DNA of 38,927 nucleotides from Octopus bimaculoides (Eukaryota): positions 15,885,459-15,924,385 of the forward strand of contig NC_068992.1 of the NCBI RefSeq assembly GCF_001194135.2, read 5' to 3'. Positions 37,527 through 38,927 of this stretch are shown one piece after another. Positions within the stretch are counted from its first letter, which is position 1, and each line of letters begins with the position of its first letter. Below the pieces are notes generated by a model, which saw only the letters and a program-made list of their open reading frames with translations, made no database searches and was not told the origin of the DNA. A program made the translations under genes and the position numbers.

Positions 37527-38525
37527 ATGGCAGACCCTATGAGTACAGAAGAAATGAAGAGGCACGCAGTCATCGTGGCTATAATGGCTGATCATAGCAA
37601 TTTAGAAATAGCACGATTTTTAAAAGTCTCTAGATCCTTCGTCTGCAAAATTCGCAAGGAGTTACAGGCTAAAGACGGAAATGTATCACCAGTATCAAAA
37701 CATAAGAGACATTGTAGACGCACTAATACTATTAGAACTCCAGAATTTATTCAACACGTAAAGGAGACTGTTGATGACAATCCCAGAAGATCCATGAAGT
37801 TCATTGCAAAAGAACACTATGTGTCAGAAGGAAGAATCCGAAAGGTTGTCCATAAAGGTATCAGATACAAGTCTTATGCGATGAGAAAAGGTAATTTTAT
37901 GTCAGAAACAGTGAAGGAAAATCGCTTAATCAGATCTAAAAGCCTCCTGAAAAACGTAAAAACCCAGCAGAGAAAGATGTCATTCGGATTTTCTGAGACA
38001 AGAAAAACTTTGATCAATGTCAGAAAGTAAACAGCAGAAATGGCTATGTACAGACCCTTCGGTAGTTCCAAGTGTAATGCATACAAATTTCCTGCAACTG
38101 TCATGGTTTGGGGGTTGTCAGAAATGAAGAAAGTTTAAAATGCCTTCTCACTTCTTTCCACAAAGATTTGTTCTGAATACAATGGTTAAGCCATGGATCG
38201 ATAATGTACGCAACGGAAGATCTTATGTTTCAACAAGGCTCAGCACCATCATACATGGCTACAGCAACGCAGGAATGGATGGCCGAAAATTTTCATGTCA
38301 ACATAACCCCCAACATTTGGCCTTCTAGCTCCTCAGATCTCAATCCATTTGACTACTATGCATGGAAAGTAGTTGAGAAAGAGATACATGAGCACCCTTA
38401 TAACACCAAAGAATCCCTAAAACCCTCCATAGTCAGAGTAATGTCCAGACCACTTGATCCTAGCATGTAGGCGATTCACACCTCGCATAGAAACCGTTAT
38501 TGAAGCTAAAGGACACATTAGTGAA
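37527..38525 (+). pseudogene. DD37D transposase pseudogene
   Basis: N-terminal HTH-like IARFLKVSRSFVCKIRKEL. Catalytic motifs F*DKKNFDQ (FSDEK), FQQGSAP (FQQDSAP) and WPSSSSDLNPFDYY, with exactly 37 residues between the second and third catalytic positions. Several frameshifts and a stop. Confidence 0.85.
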
Positions 38526-38603
38526 CAAAATGAAGAAACAATATGTTTATTCTTATCCCCAAAACCTTTTTCAGTAAAAAGGCATTATTGTATGTTTGTA
38601 AAA

Positions 38604-38822
38604 GGCGGCGATCTGGCAGAATCGTTAGCACGCCGGGCGAAATGCTTAGCGGTATTTTGTCTGTCTTTAAGTTCTGAGTTCAAATTCTGCCGAGGTCGAC
38701 TTTGCCTTTCATCCTTTCAGAGTCGATAAATTAAGTACCAGTTGTGTATTGGGATCGATCAAATTGACTGGCTCCCTCCCCCAAAATTACGGGCTTGTGC
38801 CTAGAGTAGAAAAGATTATTAT
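38604..38822 (+). mobile_element. SINE family C, full length, nested inside the mariner element
   Basis: ggcggcgatctggcagaatcg (A box) ... gagttcaaattc (B box) ... tail aagattattat. Lies between the transposase end and the right TIR. Confidence 0.9.
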
Positions 38823-38927
38823 CCGTTTCTAACAGTCATTTTTGCTTAAGTATATAACTCTCCTCAAATACCTTACGCTCCCTGTATATACAAACATATA
38901 TATAAGCATATATATATATATATATAT

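Larger units (their letters stand above)
37437..38884 (+). mobile_element. Tc1/mariner-superfamily transposon, DD37D (maT/mori-type), near full length, inactivated
   Basis: 24-bp TIRs CAGAGTGCGTAAGGTATCTGAGGA (37437-60) and its reverse complement at 38861-84 (21/24 identical). Right flank TA, left flank TG. Encloses the transposase pseudogene. Confidence 0.85.

Overview
AT-rich, gene-poor eukaryotic DNA from a gapped short-read assembly, with about 15 N-gaps, most abutting microsatellites. The SINE families and the extreme (TA)n/(CA)n/(AAT)n density point to an octopod cephalopod such as Octopus; this is an inference and was not searched. I recognise no intact host protein-coding gene, and almost all long ORFs in the track are artefacts of N-runs or microsatellites. 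The window is mostly mobile-element remains. It holds at least four tRNA-headed SINE families in many copies and a near full-length but broken DD37D (maT-type) Tc1/mariner element with 24-bp TIRs and a nested SINE (37437-38884). There are also two mariner C-terminal scraps, an RTE-LINE 3' fragment, an R4/Dong-like zinc-knuckle fragment against an (AAT)n tract, and Helitron-like remnants with 23-aa STPR-type repeats. A 183-bp Mutator-like MITE has a perfect 57-bp inverted repeat, a 9-bp TSD and a telomeric (TTAGGG)n core. The most unusual signals are hammerhead-ribozyme motifs: a minimal type I core at 1-53, two decayed cores in a 93%-identical direct repeat pair (32929-34573), and a candidate non-circularly permuted hammerhead at 35031-35090. 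All alignments and foldings were done by eye.
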